Below, in pieces: positions 21,558-31,700 of a stretch of 64,000 bases of DNA (its first letter is position 1; each line of letters begins with the position of its first letter). Source of the DNA: Candidatus Poribacteria bacterium (GTDB lineage: Bacteria > Poribacteria > WGA-4E > WGA-3G); assembly GCA_965205025.1 (NCBI GenBank), contig CBDBFU010000003.1, positions 150,171 through 214,170 on the forward strand. The letters run 5' to 3'. Both the position numbers and the translations under genes were made by a program. Under the pieces are notes generated by a model that was not told the origin of the DNA, did not search any database, and saw only the letters and a program-made list of their open reading frames with translations.

Positions 21558-22799
21558 ATGGATTACTATATTAGTCAAATCGGTAACGATTCCAACACAG
21601 GTATTTCCATCAAACACCCGTGGTGTAGTATTGACAGGATAAATAGCACACAATTAAATGCTGGTGATTCTGTTTGGTTTCAGGCACAACAGACGTTCAA
21701 AGGAAATCTTATCGTATCTGGATTAGATAGTGAATGTTTAGATAAACCAATAATCTTCAGGTCTTACGGTGAAGGTAGAGCAACGATTGATGCTGGTAAC
21801 GGTTCAGGTTTTCTTTGTAGCAATACTAATGGCGTTCATATAATTGATCTCAACTTTATCGGGGACGGAACAGATCGTAATCATGGATCCGGAATTAGGT
21901 TTGTCAATACACTTCCGGAACATAAAATACTCAAAAATATACGAATTGAAAAGGTTGAGGTAAGTGGTTTTAAACATTCTGGAATTGGCATCGCTACAGA
22001 ACCTATTGATGGTACATGGTGCGGATTTAGCAATGTGAAGATAACTCATGCTAATGTCCATGATAATGGGGATGCTGGTATTAAGTGTTATGGTGTATGG
22101 AATCCAGAAAATGAAGGATATTCTCATCAGGACGTTTATATAGGTTTCTGTCAGGTTTACCAAAACGAAGGACTTCAAGGTAAAAAATCACATACGGGGA
22201 ACGGTATTGTACTTGCACAGGTAGATGTAGGGACTATTGAATATTGTCAGGCATATGAAAACGGGAGGTTAAACAGTTCTGAGGAAGGTGGACCCGTTGG
22301 TATATGGACGTGGGATTCTAATCGTGTCCTTATACAATGTAATGAATCGCATCACAATCGAACCGATAGTGGTAAAGATGGTGGTGGTTTTGACCTTGAT
22401 GGTGGTGTGCGTAACTCAATTGTTCAATACAATTACTCTCACGATAACGAGGGTGCAGGATTCTTATTAGCACAATTTGAGGGTGCAAGAGCATTTCACA
22501 GTAACGTGATCCGCTATAATCTGAGTGAGAATGACGGAAGAAAGAATACTTACGGTGGTATTCACTTCTGGTCTACTGGGGCAAATGGTGGTATACAAAA
22601 CACGACAATCTATCAGAATAAAGTTATTACAAGTGAATCTGTAAATGGGAATCCTGCTGCTGTTGACTGTGTAAGCGAGGGAATACATAATATTCGTTTC
22701 TACAATAATACTTTTATAACCGATGGGAACGCTCCTCAAATACGCGGTAAAGCAAATCCTGCTGTGAGTTTTGAAGATAATACTTGGTTGATTATTTAA
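21558..22799 (+). CDS. Right-handed parallel beta-helix protein (pectate lyase-like)
   Basis: DYYIS..GND.N.G.S...PW N-terminus; DGGGFDLDGG, QYNYSHDN, IRYNLSEND repeats. Confidence 0.8.
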   Translation: MDYYISQIGNDSNTGISIKHPWCSIDRINSTQLNAGDSVWFQAQQTFKGNLIVSGLDSECLDKPIIFRSYGEGRATIDAGNGSGFLCSNTNGVHIIDLNFIGDGTDRNHGSGIRFVNTLPEHKILKNIRIEKVEVSGFKHSGIGIATEPIDGTWCGFSNVKITHANVHDNGDAGIKCYGVWNPENEGYSHQDVYIGFCQVYQNEGLQGKKSHTGNGIVLAQVDVGTIEYCQAYENGRLNSSEEGGPVGIWTWDSNRVLIQCNESHHNRTDSGKDGGGFDLDGGVRNSIVQYNYSHDNEGAGFLLAQFEGARAFHSNVIRYNLSENDGRKNTYGGIHFWSTGANGGIQNTTIYQNKVITSESVNGNPAAVDCVSEGIHNIRFYNNTFITDGNAPQIRGKANPAVSFEDNTWLII

Positions 22800-22800
22800 C

Positions 22801-23013
22801 TATATTTTGGACAGTTTTAAGCGATACACATTTCGCCCCTCTGGGGCTTGGTCCTTAGGGAAGTATTGAGTTTCTACAAACATTTCGCCCCGCTGGGGCT
22901 ACCCTTAGGACAAGTAAGTTTATTTTTTTAGTTAGGTTTATAGGGAAAACTTTGAGAAAATGAGAATACTTTGAAAACTGTGCATGTACCTAACAGAAAT
23001 TGTCCAAACTATT
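22801..23013. mobile_element. MITE-like element carrying two REP-like palindromes
   Basis: Ends tttggacagttt and aaattgtccaaactat. Internal catttcgcccc(t/g)ctggggct at about 22829 and 22881. A related end lies at about 19099-19114. Confidence 0.6.
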
Positions 23014-23112
23014 GTAAATAATTATTCACACCCCTCATTTAGTTTTAACTGGGAGAAAATCGAAAAAGTCTAATAGAAATTTGGGACAATACTTGAAAGG
23101 AATCTAAGAAAT

Positions 23113-24096
23113 ATGAGGACAATCACATATCGTGATGCGCTTAAAGAGGCTTTAGTTGAAGAGATGGAGCGTGATGATGCTGTCTTTCTCATGGGGGAAG
23201 ATATTGCTGAATATGGTGGTGCATATAAAGTTACGGATGGTCTCTTTAAGCAATTTGGTAAAGATCGTATCCGTAACACCCCTATTTCTGAGGCAGCAAT
23301 CATCGGCACTGCCCTTGGGGCTGCTGTTACGGGTATGCGACCTGTAGCAGAACTCATGTATATTGACTTTACAGCAGTTGGTATGGATCAGATTGTTAAC
23401 CAAGTTGCAAAAATACGTTACATGGTGGGTGGACAGTTAGATGTACCTCTTGTTATTCGTACACAAGGTGGTGCAGGAAGGTCTTCCGCTGCCCAACATG
23501 CACAAAGTCTTGAAGCCTGGTTTGTTCATATTCCAGGACTTCTTGTTGTGATGCCAGCAACTCCTTATGATGCAAAAGGATTACTCAAAACTGCCATTCG
23601 TAACGACAATCCAATCATGTTTATTGAACATAAACTACTTTATACTGAAGAGGGAGAGATTCCTGATGAGGAATATACGATACCTTTAGCGGAAGCGGAT
23701 GTAAAACGTGAAGGTGAGGATATAACTATATTAGCAACATCACGAATGGTATTAAAAGCACTCGAAGCGGCAGATGAACTTGCTGTGGACGGTATTTCAG
23801 CGGAGATTGTTGACCCCAGAACTTTGATGCCACTCGATAAGGAAACTATATTTGAGTCTGTTATGAAAACAAATCGTCTGCTTATTGCACATGAAGCGGT
23901 TGGAAGGGCAGGATTTGGGGCTGAAATTGCCGCATTGGTGGTGCGCGAAGTTTTTGATTATCTTGATGCCCCAATTGAACGTGTAGCTGCAGCCCCTGTA
24001 CCTGTGCCTTTTGCTCCTGTGATGGAAAACTTTGTGATTCCGGATGTGCCGCAGATTGTTGAAGCTGCACGTAAGTTAGTTAGGTATGAAATATGA
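23113..24096 (+). CDS. 2-oxoacid/acetoin dehydrogenase E1 beta subunit
   Basis: GEDI..YGG..KVT.GL, TPISE, G.RPVAE.M..DF, QHAQSLE, FIEHK, LDAPIERV. Confidence 0.92.
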   Translation: MRTITYRDALKEALVEEMERDDAVFLMGEDIAEYGGAYKVTDGLFKQFGKDRIRNTPISEAAIIGTALGAAVTGMRPVAELMYIDFTAVGMDQIVNQVAKIRYMVGGQLDVPLVIRTQGGAGRSSAAQHAQSLEAWFVHIPGLLVVMPATPYDAKGLLKTAIRNDNPIMFIEHKLLYTEEGEIPDEEYTIPLAEADVKREGEDITILATSRMVLKALEAADELAVDGISAEIVDPRTLMPLDKETIFESVMKTNRLLIAHEAVGRAGFGAEIAALVVREVFDYLDAPIERVAAAPVPVPFAPVMENFVIPDVPQIVEAARKLVRYEI

Positions 24097-24142
24097 ATAT
24101 TAATAATTTGAAAACATTGATAGATAGTAATGGGAGAAATAA

Positions 24143-25091
24143 CATGGAACCACAAGATCTTATACGGTTGATTACCCCAAAAAGGATATTATTTGTGATT
24201 CTCGGTGTGCTTATATTAATATGTTTAGCCACAAGTTTTTATACGGTTGAAGCTGATGAGGTGGCAGTTGTTTTAATGTTCGGAAAGGCTGTCAGGCAAG
24301 CAGAACCGGGACTCCATTTTAAATTACCACTCGGTATTGAAAATGCCATTAATGTACAAGTTAGAAAGGTATTTAAAGAGGAGTTTGGGTTTAGGACACT
24401 CAAAGCAGGGATCCGCACACAGTATGATACAAGAGATTATAGTACTGAATCTTTACTATTGACAGGGGATCTTAACATCGCGGATGTTGAATGGGTTATT
24501 CAGTACAAGATAAATGATCCACAGAAATATCTGTTTTCTGTTAGGAATCCGAGACAAGCATTACGAGATCTATCAGAATCCGTGATGAGTCGCGTTATCG
24601 GGAACCGTACAGTAACAGAAGTATTGACTATCGGACGTATTGAAATTGCAGCAGAGGTAGAACAATATTTACAAAAACTTCTTGATCTGTATGATACCGG
24701 ATTGGATGTTGCAAATGTGACATTACAGGATGTGAATCCACCGGAAAAAGTGAAGTCTGCATTTAATGCTGTCAATGAGGCAAAACAGGAAAAGGAACGT
24801 TTAATCAACGAAGCATGGCGTGATTATAATCAATCTGTTCCGAAGTCCAAAGGGTTGGCGTTACAACAGATTTCAGAGGCACAAGGATACGCTCTGAAAC
24901 GTGTTAATCAAGCACAAGGGGATGCAGATAGATTTAAGGCTATACGAGGGGAATATCAAAAAGCCAAAGAGGTAACACGGCAACGGCTCTATCTCGAAAC
25001 TATGCAGGATGTCTTACCTCAAGTCAAAGAGATCTATGTTATTGACGGTAAAGCTAATACACCTATTCCCATTCTACAACTTAAAGAATAA
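24143..25091 (+). CDS. hflK: FtsH modulator HflK; start at 24093 or 24143
   Basis: TM followed by SPFH domain; LLTGDLNIADV, LQDVNPP, AFNAV, VTRQRLYLETM. Confidence 0.9.
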
Positions 25092-25127
25092 ATATCTATA
25101 AACGACGTCTTGACAAGGAGTTTTCTG

Positions 25128-26087
25128 ATGAAGTTAAAGATTCTTATACCATTGATTATCGTTATTATTTTGGGAATTATACTTTCTTCCAGTATGTTTT
25201 ATATTGTAAAAGAAGGTGAACAGGTTGTTATAACTGAATTTGGTCGTCCAGTAGGAGATCCCGCAGTTACGGCTGGATTAAAACTAAAAACCCCATTTAT
25301 CCAACAGGTACATCGTTTTGAAAAACGTATACTTGAATGGGACGGTTCACCCAACCAAATTCCCACAAAAGATAAAAAGTTTATATGGCTTGATACAACT
25401 GCACGTTGGCGTATTAAAGACCCTCTCAAATTCTATGAAGCACTTGGCACAGAAATGTTGGCACAGTCACGTTTAGATGACATCATTGATTCGGCTGCAC
25501 GCGATTTAGTTACAGCACAATTGCTAATTGAAGTTGTCAGAAATTCAAATCGAATATTAGAACAAGATTTTGAAGTTCTTGAAGAAGAAGAGGGACAAAC
25601 AAAGGAAGCATTAGAAGAGATTCAGATTGGTAGAGAAGAGATTACACGCAGGATACGTGAAAAGGCTCAGGAGGTTGTTCCGCAGTTCGGTATTGAACTT
25701 GTTGATGTACAGGTAAAAAGGATTAACTATGTTGATGAAGTTAGACAGAAAGTTTTTGATCGTATGATATCTGAACGTCAACGTATTTCGGAGAAGTATA
25801 AATCAGAAGGTGAAGGTGAAGCTGCTAATATCATGGGACAGAAACAGAAAGAATTAGAGCGTATTCAGTCAGAGGCGTATAAAGAGGCAGAACAGATTAA
25901 AGGGGATGCTGATGCTCAAGCAATCCAAATATATGCTGATGCACACGGACAAGATCCAGAGTTTTTTGCTTTCCTACAGACTTTGGAAACATATCGGAAA
26001 ACCAGTGGTGCCAGTACAAAACTTATTCTTACAACAGACAGTGATCTCTATAAATATCTCAAGGATAGCCAATTGCTAAGTCGTTGA
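25128..26087 (+). CDS. hflC: FtsH modulator HflC
   Basis: PTKDKK, WRIKDPLKF, GIELVDV, RMISER, DPEFFAF; directly after hflK. Confidence 0.92.
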   Translation: MKLKILIPLIIVIILGIILSSSMFYIVKEGEQVVITEFGRPVGDPAVTAGLKLKTPFIQQVHRFEKRILEWDGSPNQIPTKDKKFIWLDTTARWRIKDPLKFYEALGTEMLAQSRLDDIIDSAARDLVTAQLLIEVVRNSNRILEQDFEVLEEEEGQTKEALEEIQIGREEITRRIREKAQEVVPQFGIELVDVQVKRINYVDEVRQKVFDRMISERQRISEKYKSEGEGEAANIMGQKQKELERIQSEAYKEAEQIKGDADAQAIQIYADAHGQDPEFFAFLQTLETYRKTSGASTKLILTTDSDLYKYLKDSQLLSR

Positions 26088-26112
26088 TTTGTTGTGGCAA
26101 TTCCCGGGTCTT

Positions 26113-26180
26113 TTGTAGGAGGAGATTGTGATCCGCGATCTTCTCCTCTTCTGTAGGAGGGATTCCAATTCTTGACTCTT
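26113..26180. repeat. GTAG-type REP-like palindromes
   Basis: tgtaggaggagattgtgatccgcgatc and tgtaggagggattccaattcttga; related in reverse complement to 33750-33810 and 53123-53220. Confidence 0.65.
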
Positions 26181-26411
26181 TAGGCGCGGGGATTGACGCT
26201 AATGAGTATCGCTTCCTTATTGTTCTGGTTCTACTGCTGCTATAGACAAATTACCCATGTGGTGAAATCTAACCAAAATATCTAAAACTAAAAAACCCTG
26301 TCCGACAACACCGAAACCTTGACAAAGAGGGTTGCACATTGTTAGACTTAATACAACGCGCCCCTCCCCAATACAAAAATCGCAGGTAAATTGTGAAAGG
26401 ATTTAGTACGA

Positions 26412-27458
26412 ATGGACGAAATGTTAAAGCCACTCATTGATAACTTAACAGGCGGAGTTGGAAAGAATCTATCTAAGGCAAGTGACAAGTTGACCACAGG
26501 TGCTATTGACCGGCTAAACGAGGTGCAAAACGCAATAGCTGATGGAAATGTAGCAATTATAAATGAGGTCACTCGGCAAATAGTGGATCAAATAGTCGTT
26601 CCAGAAGAATACGCTAAAAGGGCAGTAGCTAAATACGGAGAAAAAATAGTTAGGGAACAAACCATCATTGATAAGATATTTGGTAGAAGTAAGAAGATTA
26701 TACAGGATACTCCACAAGACAAGTATGAAGATAATAGTAACGTTGAGGATATTACCGATGATTGGTTAAATCAATTCAGAGAAGTGGCGTGTAAAAAGGA
26801 TTCAGAAGAAGCTCAAGAACTATTTAGCAAAGTGTTGGCAGGTGAAATCAGAAAACCAGGTGCGTTCTCATTATTCGCACTAACAACCTTAGCAAATATG
26901 GACCAAGCTGTAGTTCAGTTATTCAATAAGTTTTGTTCATTATGCATTGTTTATTTAGAAGATCCCGATGAATTTCTTCAATCAGATTCTTATTTCAATA
27001 TTATAGATGTAAGAATGCCTTTTCTAACAGGTGATATATCAGACGCCGGCACTATTAAACCCATTCACCCATCAATATTAGAGAAATTTAACGATAGATC
27101 TGATTCTATATATGAAGAATACGGCTTTGGTTTCAAGGAAATTCAGTTATTAAAAGATTTTCGTCTAATTGAGAACTCATCTCTTATGTACTACAATTGT
27201 ATTTTGTTTAATAACGAACTCTGGATAGTTACATTGCCAACTCCACATACTCCATTTGAAGAAGAAGATATTAAAGACATCAGAATAGCAGGTTACGCTT
27301 TAACCTCTGTTGGAAGAGAATTATTCCATCTCACAGAACGTGTCACTCCACCAGAATATTTTGATACAATATCTGAATTTCTAAAAGATTATTATGATGT
27401 AAGACTGTGTAAATTCCCTAATTCTCGAAAGAAATCATCTCCCAACAAAGATGATTGA
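26412..27458 (+). CDS. DUF2806-domain protein
   Basis: DDWLNQF, SEEAQELFSKVLAGEIRKPGAFS, L..L..M and late LT..GREL. Confidence 0.75.
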   Translation: MDEMLKPLIDNLTGGVGKNLSKASDKLTTGAIDRLNEVQNAIADGNVAIINEVTRQIVDQIVVPEEYAKRAVAKYGEKIVREQTIIDKIFGRSKKIIQDTPQDKYEDNSNVEDITDDWLNQFREVACKKDSEEAQELFSKVLAGEIRKPGAFSLFALTTLANMDQAVVQLFNKFCSLCIVYLEDPDEFLQSDSYFNIIDVRMPFLTGDISDAGTIKPIHPSILEKFNDRSDSIYEEYGFGFKEIQLLKDFRLIENSSLMYYNCILFNNELWIVTLPTPHTPFEEEDIKDIRIAGYALTSVGRELFHLTERVTPPEYFDTISEFLKDYYDVRLCKFPNSRKKSSPNKDD

Positions 27459-27574
27459 AAGACAGGACACAAACCCGCAAAACCTTCATCCTAATATACG
27501 AAAAAGGGGCAGAAGATTGGACACAGAATCTACTACCTATGGGGATAACGTCCAGGTCATCTAAAATCAAGTGG

Positions 27575-27654
27575 GTTTTCTGCTTGGTAGGAAGTCAATT
27601 TGGGGCTGGTTCTACTTCTCAAAGATGTGCTGGTTTGAGTGGCTAAAAGATAAA
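27575..27654. repeat. ~80-bp diverged repeat, copy 1 (copy 2 at 28801-28882)
   Basis: Shared blocks gcttggtag.aag.caattt, ggt.ctact.ctcaa and tgagtgg.ta.aaga. Confidence 0.7.
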
Positions 27655-27764
27655 CAGCCGACACATTGACCAAGCATTGCTTTTTATAATGTCTTATAAT
27701 GATATAGTTCAGGAATAAAGGATTTATCACACCTATTATGAAGGAAATTGAATTATGAAGGAAA

Positions 27765-28778
27765 TTGAAGATGCCAAATCATTCCGATCTTTTCATTGAA
27801 ATACCACAAGATAAATGTAAAAAAGAAGCTATTCCATATCAAGACACGTTGAATATTGATACAAAAGAATGCGACTACTGTCAAGTAGATCTAAACGCTG
27901 TAGAACATTATCATGAAGATTTCTATTTAGATAACAAGAAGATCAGTGTATTTCGACAATGCTATTATACTTGTGATTGTAATGGCATATGGATACTTGT
28001 CCATAAAAACGCAAACGACACATACACAGAAGTATACAGAAATCCGTTAGATATTGCTAATTGCCATTTAGAAGTTTCAAAACTATATCTTCTAAACATA
28101 GATGTAGATAGGGAAATATTTCTAAAATCATATCTTAAAAACTACCCTGAAACAAAATCAGATTGGGAGGCTTATCACCGTTTATACGAAAAAATAGTAG
28201 ATTTAGGAAATCATATACGGATTATGGCTATGTTAAAAACAGACTATCCATTAAATAAAATGGATTTTAATGAATTTCGGTTTGGACTCACAATATCAAT
28301 CTGCACTTTACTTCAATATTCAGGACTTCATCTGTGGCTACTACGAAAAAGACAAAGTTTTGAACAATCCATAACACTTATCTGCTCAATTATGGATAGT
28401 CAACATTCTCCTATATCGCTAAAGAAGTTTACCAAAGAATATAATATACCTGAATTAGATAATCTGAACACTAACTTAAACTTTAATTCTGGTAAATACC
28501 ATGACATAAAATATCTTCGCGACAAACAATTAGAACATAATGACTCTGACTTCTCGTGGACTCAACAACAGGTCACTCCAGAATTACTCATTGCTGCCTA
28601 TAGTGACATAATAATCGCTGTAAACGAGTTAAATAAGGTAAAAGGTATAGAAGTGTTCTTTAATAACCAACTTGAAACAGAAGATGAATCTGATGTTATT
28701 AATTTCTTAATTAGAGAGTTAATGATCATTGAAGGCTCTTTGAAAATATATGAGAATAATAGTAATAACAATAAATAG
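27765..28778 (+). CDS. Hypothetical protein: Cys-rich N-terminus plus HEPN (AbiU2-like) C-terminal domain
   Basis: CDYC and CDC near the N-terminus; LRDKQLEHND matches the HEPN Rx4-6H motif. Confidence 0.55.
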   Translation: MKMPNHSDLFIEIPQDKCKKEAIPYQDTLNIDTKECDYCQVDLNAVEHYHEDFYLDNKKISVFRQCYYTCDCNGIWILVHKNANDTYTEVYRNPLDIANCHLEVSKLYLLNIDVDREIFLKSYLKNYPETKSDWEAYHRLYEKIVDLGNHIRIMAMLKTDYPLNKMDFNEFRFGLTISICTLLQYSGLHLWLLRKRQSFEQSITLICSIMDSQHSPISLKKFTKEYNIPELDNLNTNLNFNSGKYHDIKYLRDKQLEHNDSDFSWTQQQVTPELLIAAYSDIIIAVNELNKVKGIEVFFNNQLETEDESDVINFLIRELMIIEGSLKIYENNSNNNK

Positions 28779-28800
28779 ATAATGTTGGGCAGATTTTTGT

Positions 28801-28882
28801 GTTCTCGGCTTGGTAGAAAGCCAATTTAGAGTAGGTGCTACTCCTCAAGAAGTACCCAGTTGTGAGTGGATATAAGAATAAA
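28801..28882. repeat. ~80-bp diverged repeat, copy 2
   Basis: Aligns by eye with 27575-27654. Confidence 0.7.
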
Positions 28883-28927
28883 TGCAACAGAAGATTTTCT
28901 TGAGAGAAATTGGGCAGCAGAATAGGT

Positions 28928-29371
28928 TTACATATATCCTTTTCCTTCTGAAAATCTAATTTCAGCGTATATTTCTTTATACAAATCCATTATGGGACTG
29001 GAATAATGTTCTTGCATTCTGATATTGTTTCTTGATGATCCATAGGATCGATGATTGACATTATTCGGATTAGACAGACTATAGTTGTCTTTCAGTATAA
29101 ATTCTTTTCCTTGAATTTCTTTTAAATTTTCAAATATGTTTTTAACTAAGCATTCTGCTTCTAAGTTTGTTATTCTGTGAATGAATCTGTGCTTGTTGTT
29201 TGGATATGCTTTATATTTTAAAGAAATAACAAATACTGGTGGTTCTGTTTCATCCTCTATCATACTCAAGTCATAGTTTGTAGTTTCATTAATTGATTCT
29301 AATAAGATTTGCATATCCATTTTCATCTGGTTTTTTTCAATGAGTTCTTGACTCTCTTTTCGTGTATTCAT
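28928..29371 (-). CDS. Hypothetical protein
   Basis: 147-aa ORF in very AT-rich DNA with an aagga RBS; no recognised motif. Confidence 0.6.
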   Translation of the reverse strand: MNTRKESQELIEKNQMKMDMQILLESINETTNYDLSMIEDETEPPVFVISLKYKAYPNNKHRFIHRITNLEAECLVKNIFENLKEIQGKEFILKDNYSLSNPNNVNHRSYGSSRNNIRMQEHYSSPIMDLYKEIYAEIRFSEGKGYM

Positions 29372-29557
29372 ATTATATTAAATCCTTTTTAACAATGTTT
29401 TAGTATACATTATATTTTACCATAAGAAACATTCCTTTCGCCAACCAAATCACGTCACTCCTTATGATAATTCATTATGTAATAAGTTATGTTGAGATTG
29501 ATTAATTTGATTTTACGATTTTACCTGTGAAAGATGATTGCATAAATCAATTGTTTG

Positions 29558-30388
29558 TCAAACCCATTGACTACGACATGATTGAGACACCTTTATTCTA
29601 TTTTCAATGCCTAATAACTTAAGAAATTGTTTTACAATATCGTTAAAAACTTTATGTGAATAAGGAGATAATACAATTTCGTCTATAAGATTTAATGATG
29701 AATCAATATACATATTGTGTGTTTTTTTATTTTTATATGAGTTTTTTAATGCTGGATTATTTTTAAAAAGATCGTCCATGTGATTTTTTGTATTATAAAC
29801 TTGTTCTGAATTAAGAGGTGCAAGAGAATGTGGATTATGGAAAAGTGATATTAATATTCTAACTTCTTTTTCATATTCAAAATCTTTCATTTTATAGAAG
29901 AAAAATATATAGTAATATTCCTCTAATAAATCTTCATCCATACTAAATTCTGACGGATTTTCATCAGTGTATATAACTTCCTTAATTTTACGTGCTGAGT
30001 TTTCATATTCTGAATTGTCTATAGAATGTATTAACTTCATTGCATTAGTTTTTATAGCAACACCGTCTTTACCATGTGTATATTTATCCCACATTGCAGC
30101 ACTTTCATGTTCTGATATATGCCATGAAGATATATATGTAGATTCTTTATAACATTCTATTGCATAATCTAAACCTGCTGGATTTGTATTACCCATTTTT
30201 CTTATAACTTCTCTAAAAATAACACCTTCCGATTTATCTTCAAATAAATCAGATCGGATTAATGGAATATAGTTATACATCAAAATTTCACATAAAGATG
30301 AAAACGACATGTATCTCCACAATATGGTTTTTTCGCAACATTCTAAGCATGGTGGGATTTTACTCTTATCATCTATAAAAGTTTCCAT
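29558..30388 (-). CDS. DUF2971-like protein
   Basis: LWRYMS, ISSWH, ESAAMWDKY, GVAI, K..DFEYEKEVR, IDEIVLSP. Confidence 0.65.
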   Translation of the reverse strand: METFIDDKSKIPPCLECCEKTILWRYMSFSSLCEILMYNYIPLIRSDLFEDKSEGVIFREVIRKMGNTNPAGLDYAIECYKESTYISSWHISEHESAAMWDKYTHGKDGVAIKTNAMKLIHSIDNSEYENSARKIKEVIYTDENPSEFSMDEDLLEEYYYIFFFYKMKDFEYEKEVRILISLFHNPHSLAPLNSEQVYNTKNHMDDLFKNNPALKNSYKNKKTHNMYIDSSLNLIDEIVLSPYSHKVFNDIVKQFLKLLGIENRIKVSQSCRSQWV

Positions 30389-30452
30389 TATGGAATACTC
30401 CTTAATTTGTTAAATCTTAGCAATAAGCGACTTTGGCTTGAAATAAATTGAT

Positions 30453-30615
30453 TTACTGCACAGAAATTATCTTCTCTTCTTTGAGTTTTTGTATCAATTC
30501 CTCTTGTGTTCCTGTTCCTTTCTTTGAGTTACAAGAGGTGCATAAGAATTGTAAATTTTCTATGTGGTTATCGATTCCTTTACATTTGTTTGACTTGGGA
30601 ATAGGGGCGGTCTGA
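30453..30615 (-). pseudogene. C-terminal remnant of an HNH endonuclease domain
   Basis: HIENLQFLCTSCNSKKG...QEELI; no start codon of its own and the first HNH His motif is degraded. Confidence 0.6.
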
Positions 30616-31698
30616 TTATCGTGCGGACTTCTCCCTGTTACACTTTTTACAAAGCATTTGGCAATTATCTTCGCTGGTCTTGCCTCCCTCGGACCAGGGT
30701 GTGATGTGGTCTGCTTCCATCTCTTTGATTGTGAATTCGTCGGCACAGATAACACAAATGCCGGACTGTTTTTCGTATACCTTTTGCTTCATGCTGTTTG
30801 AAAAGGCGCGTATGTTCAGGTGCTTCTCCTCGCGAGTCAGAATGTACGGGTATATACCCGCATTCCGTGTCACATCATCGTCATCTGTAAGACGGGCGGT
30901 TTCCTGCTCAATCTCATCAGCATCAAGGTCAGCATCTTTAAATTCGTTGTGGAGCGAACCCCAATCTACACCCTTCATGGCTGGTCTTGTGTTTGTGAAA
31001 GTGGATTCAATCCAATCGATCACTGATTGAAAATACTCCCATAAGTGTAACGCGTTTTCGTCGTGCTGATGTGTCCCCATGTAGTCTTCAATTGCGTCTT
31101 TGCTGATCCACTTAATTGCTGTCTCCAAATAGTGTTGTCGGATTGGTGTTCCATTGACATAGGCATTGCCGATTTGGTATGCAGCGCAACCGGTCCGACT
31201 AAAATATCGCTTGGCGTCTGACAACCAGGTTCCGGCGTAAACGGCGTTAAGCAACTCTTGATTAGTCAACTTCTCTCCCGCTATGTTGACCGTTTTGAAC
31301 CACTCCAACTTTTCGCTTTCAGTTCCAGTACAGACGTAGACCATTAACTTGTAATCTAATATCAATTCTTTTTTATCTGATGGGAGATTGTGGAAGTATA
31401 GATCATTGAACGAAAAATCCCCATCTACATACTGTGCAATGGAGATTGTGCGCTGCTGTCCGTCAATGATCTCGAAGGTACCGTCTTCTCGGTCTGCCCA
31501 GTACATCACGTTCAATGGAAATCCTTTCAGGATGGAGTCAATGACAGCATTGCGTTTCTTTTCTTTGTAGATAAACCCACGTTGAAATGGTGGTCGTATA
31601 TCCAGTTTACCACCGTACCCGGTCACGCCGTCTTCGCCATCGTCGTAGTAATCCTCGACAAGTTCTTTCACTGTGAGGTCTAACAACTCTATTTTCAT
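30616..31698 (-). CDS. DUF262 (ParB-like) plus HNH endonuclease, GmrSD-related; start probably MKIELL
   Basis: RPPFQR, IDGQQR, F..VN..G..L (DUF262). C-terminal CVIC, EADHITPWSEGG and NCQMLC..CNREK (HNH). Confidence 0.88.
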   Translation of the reverse strand: MKIELLDLTVKELVEDYYDDGEDGVTGYGGKLDIRPPFQRGFIYKEKKRNAVIDSILKGFPLNVMYWADREDGTFEIIDGQQRTISIAQYVDGDFSFNDLYFHNLPSDKKELILDYKLMVYVCTGTESEKLEWFKTVNIAGEKLTNQELLNAVYAGTWLSDAKRYFSRTGCAAYQIGNAYVNGTPIRQHYLETAIKWISKDAIEDYMGTHQHDENALHLWEYFQSVIDWIESTFTNTRPAMKGVDWGSLHNEFKDADLDADEIEQETARLTDDDDVTRNAGIYPYILTREEKHLNIRAFSNSMKQKVYEKQSGICVICADEFTIKEMEADHITPWSEGGKTSEDNCQMLCKKCNREKSAR

Positions 31699-31700
31699 TG

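Noticed and set aside
27575-28920. Integron attC sites around the orphan genes
   Set aside because: A GTTRRRY (gttgggc) is present but has no properly placed complementary RYYYAAC or long imperfect hairpin; no intI.
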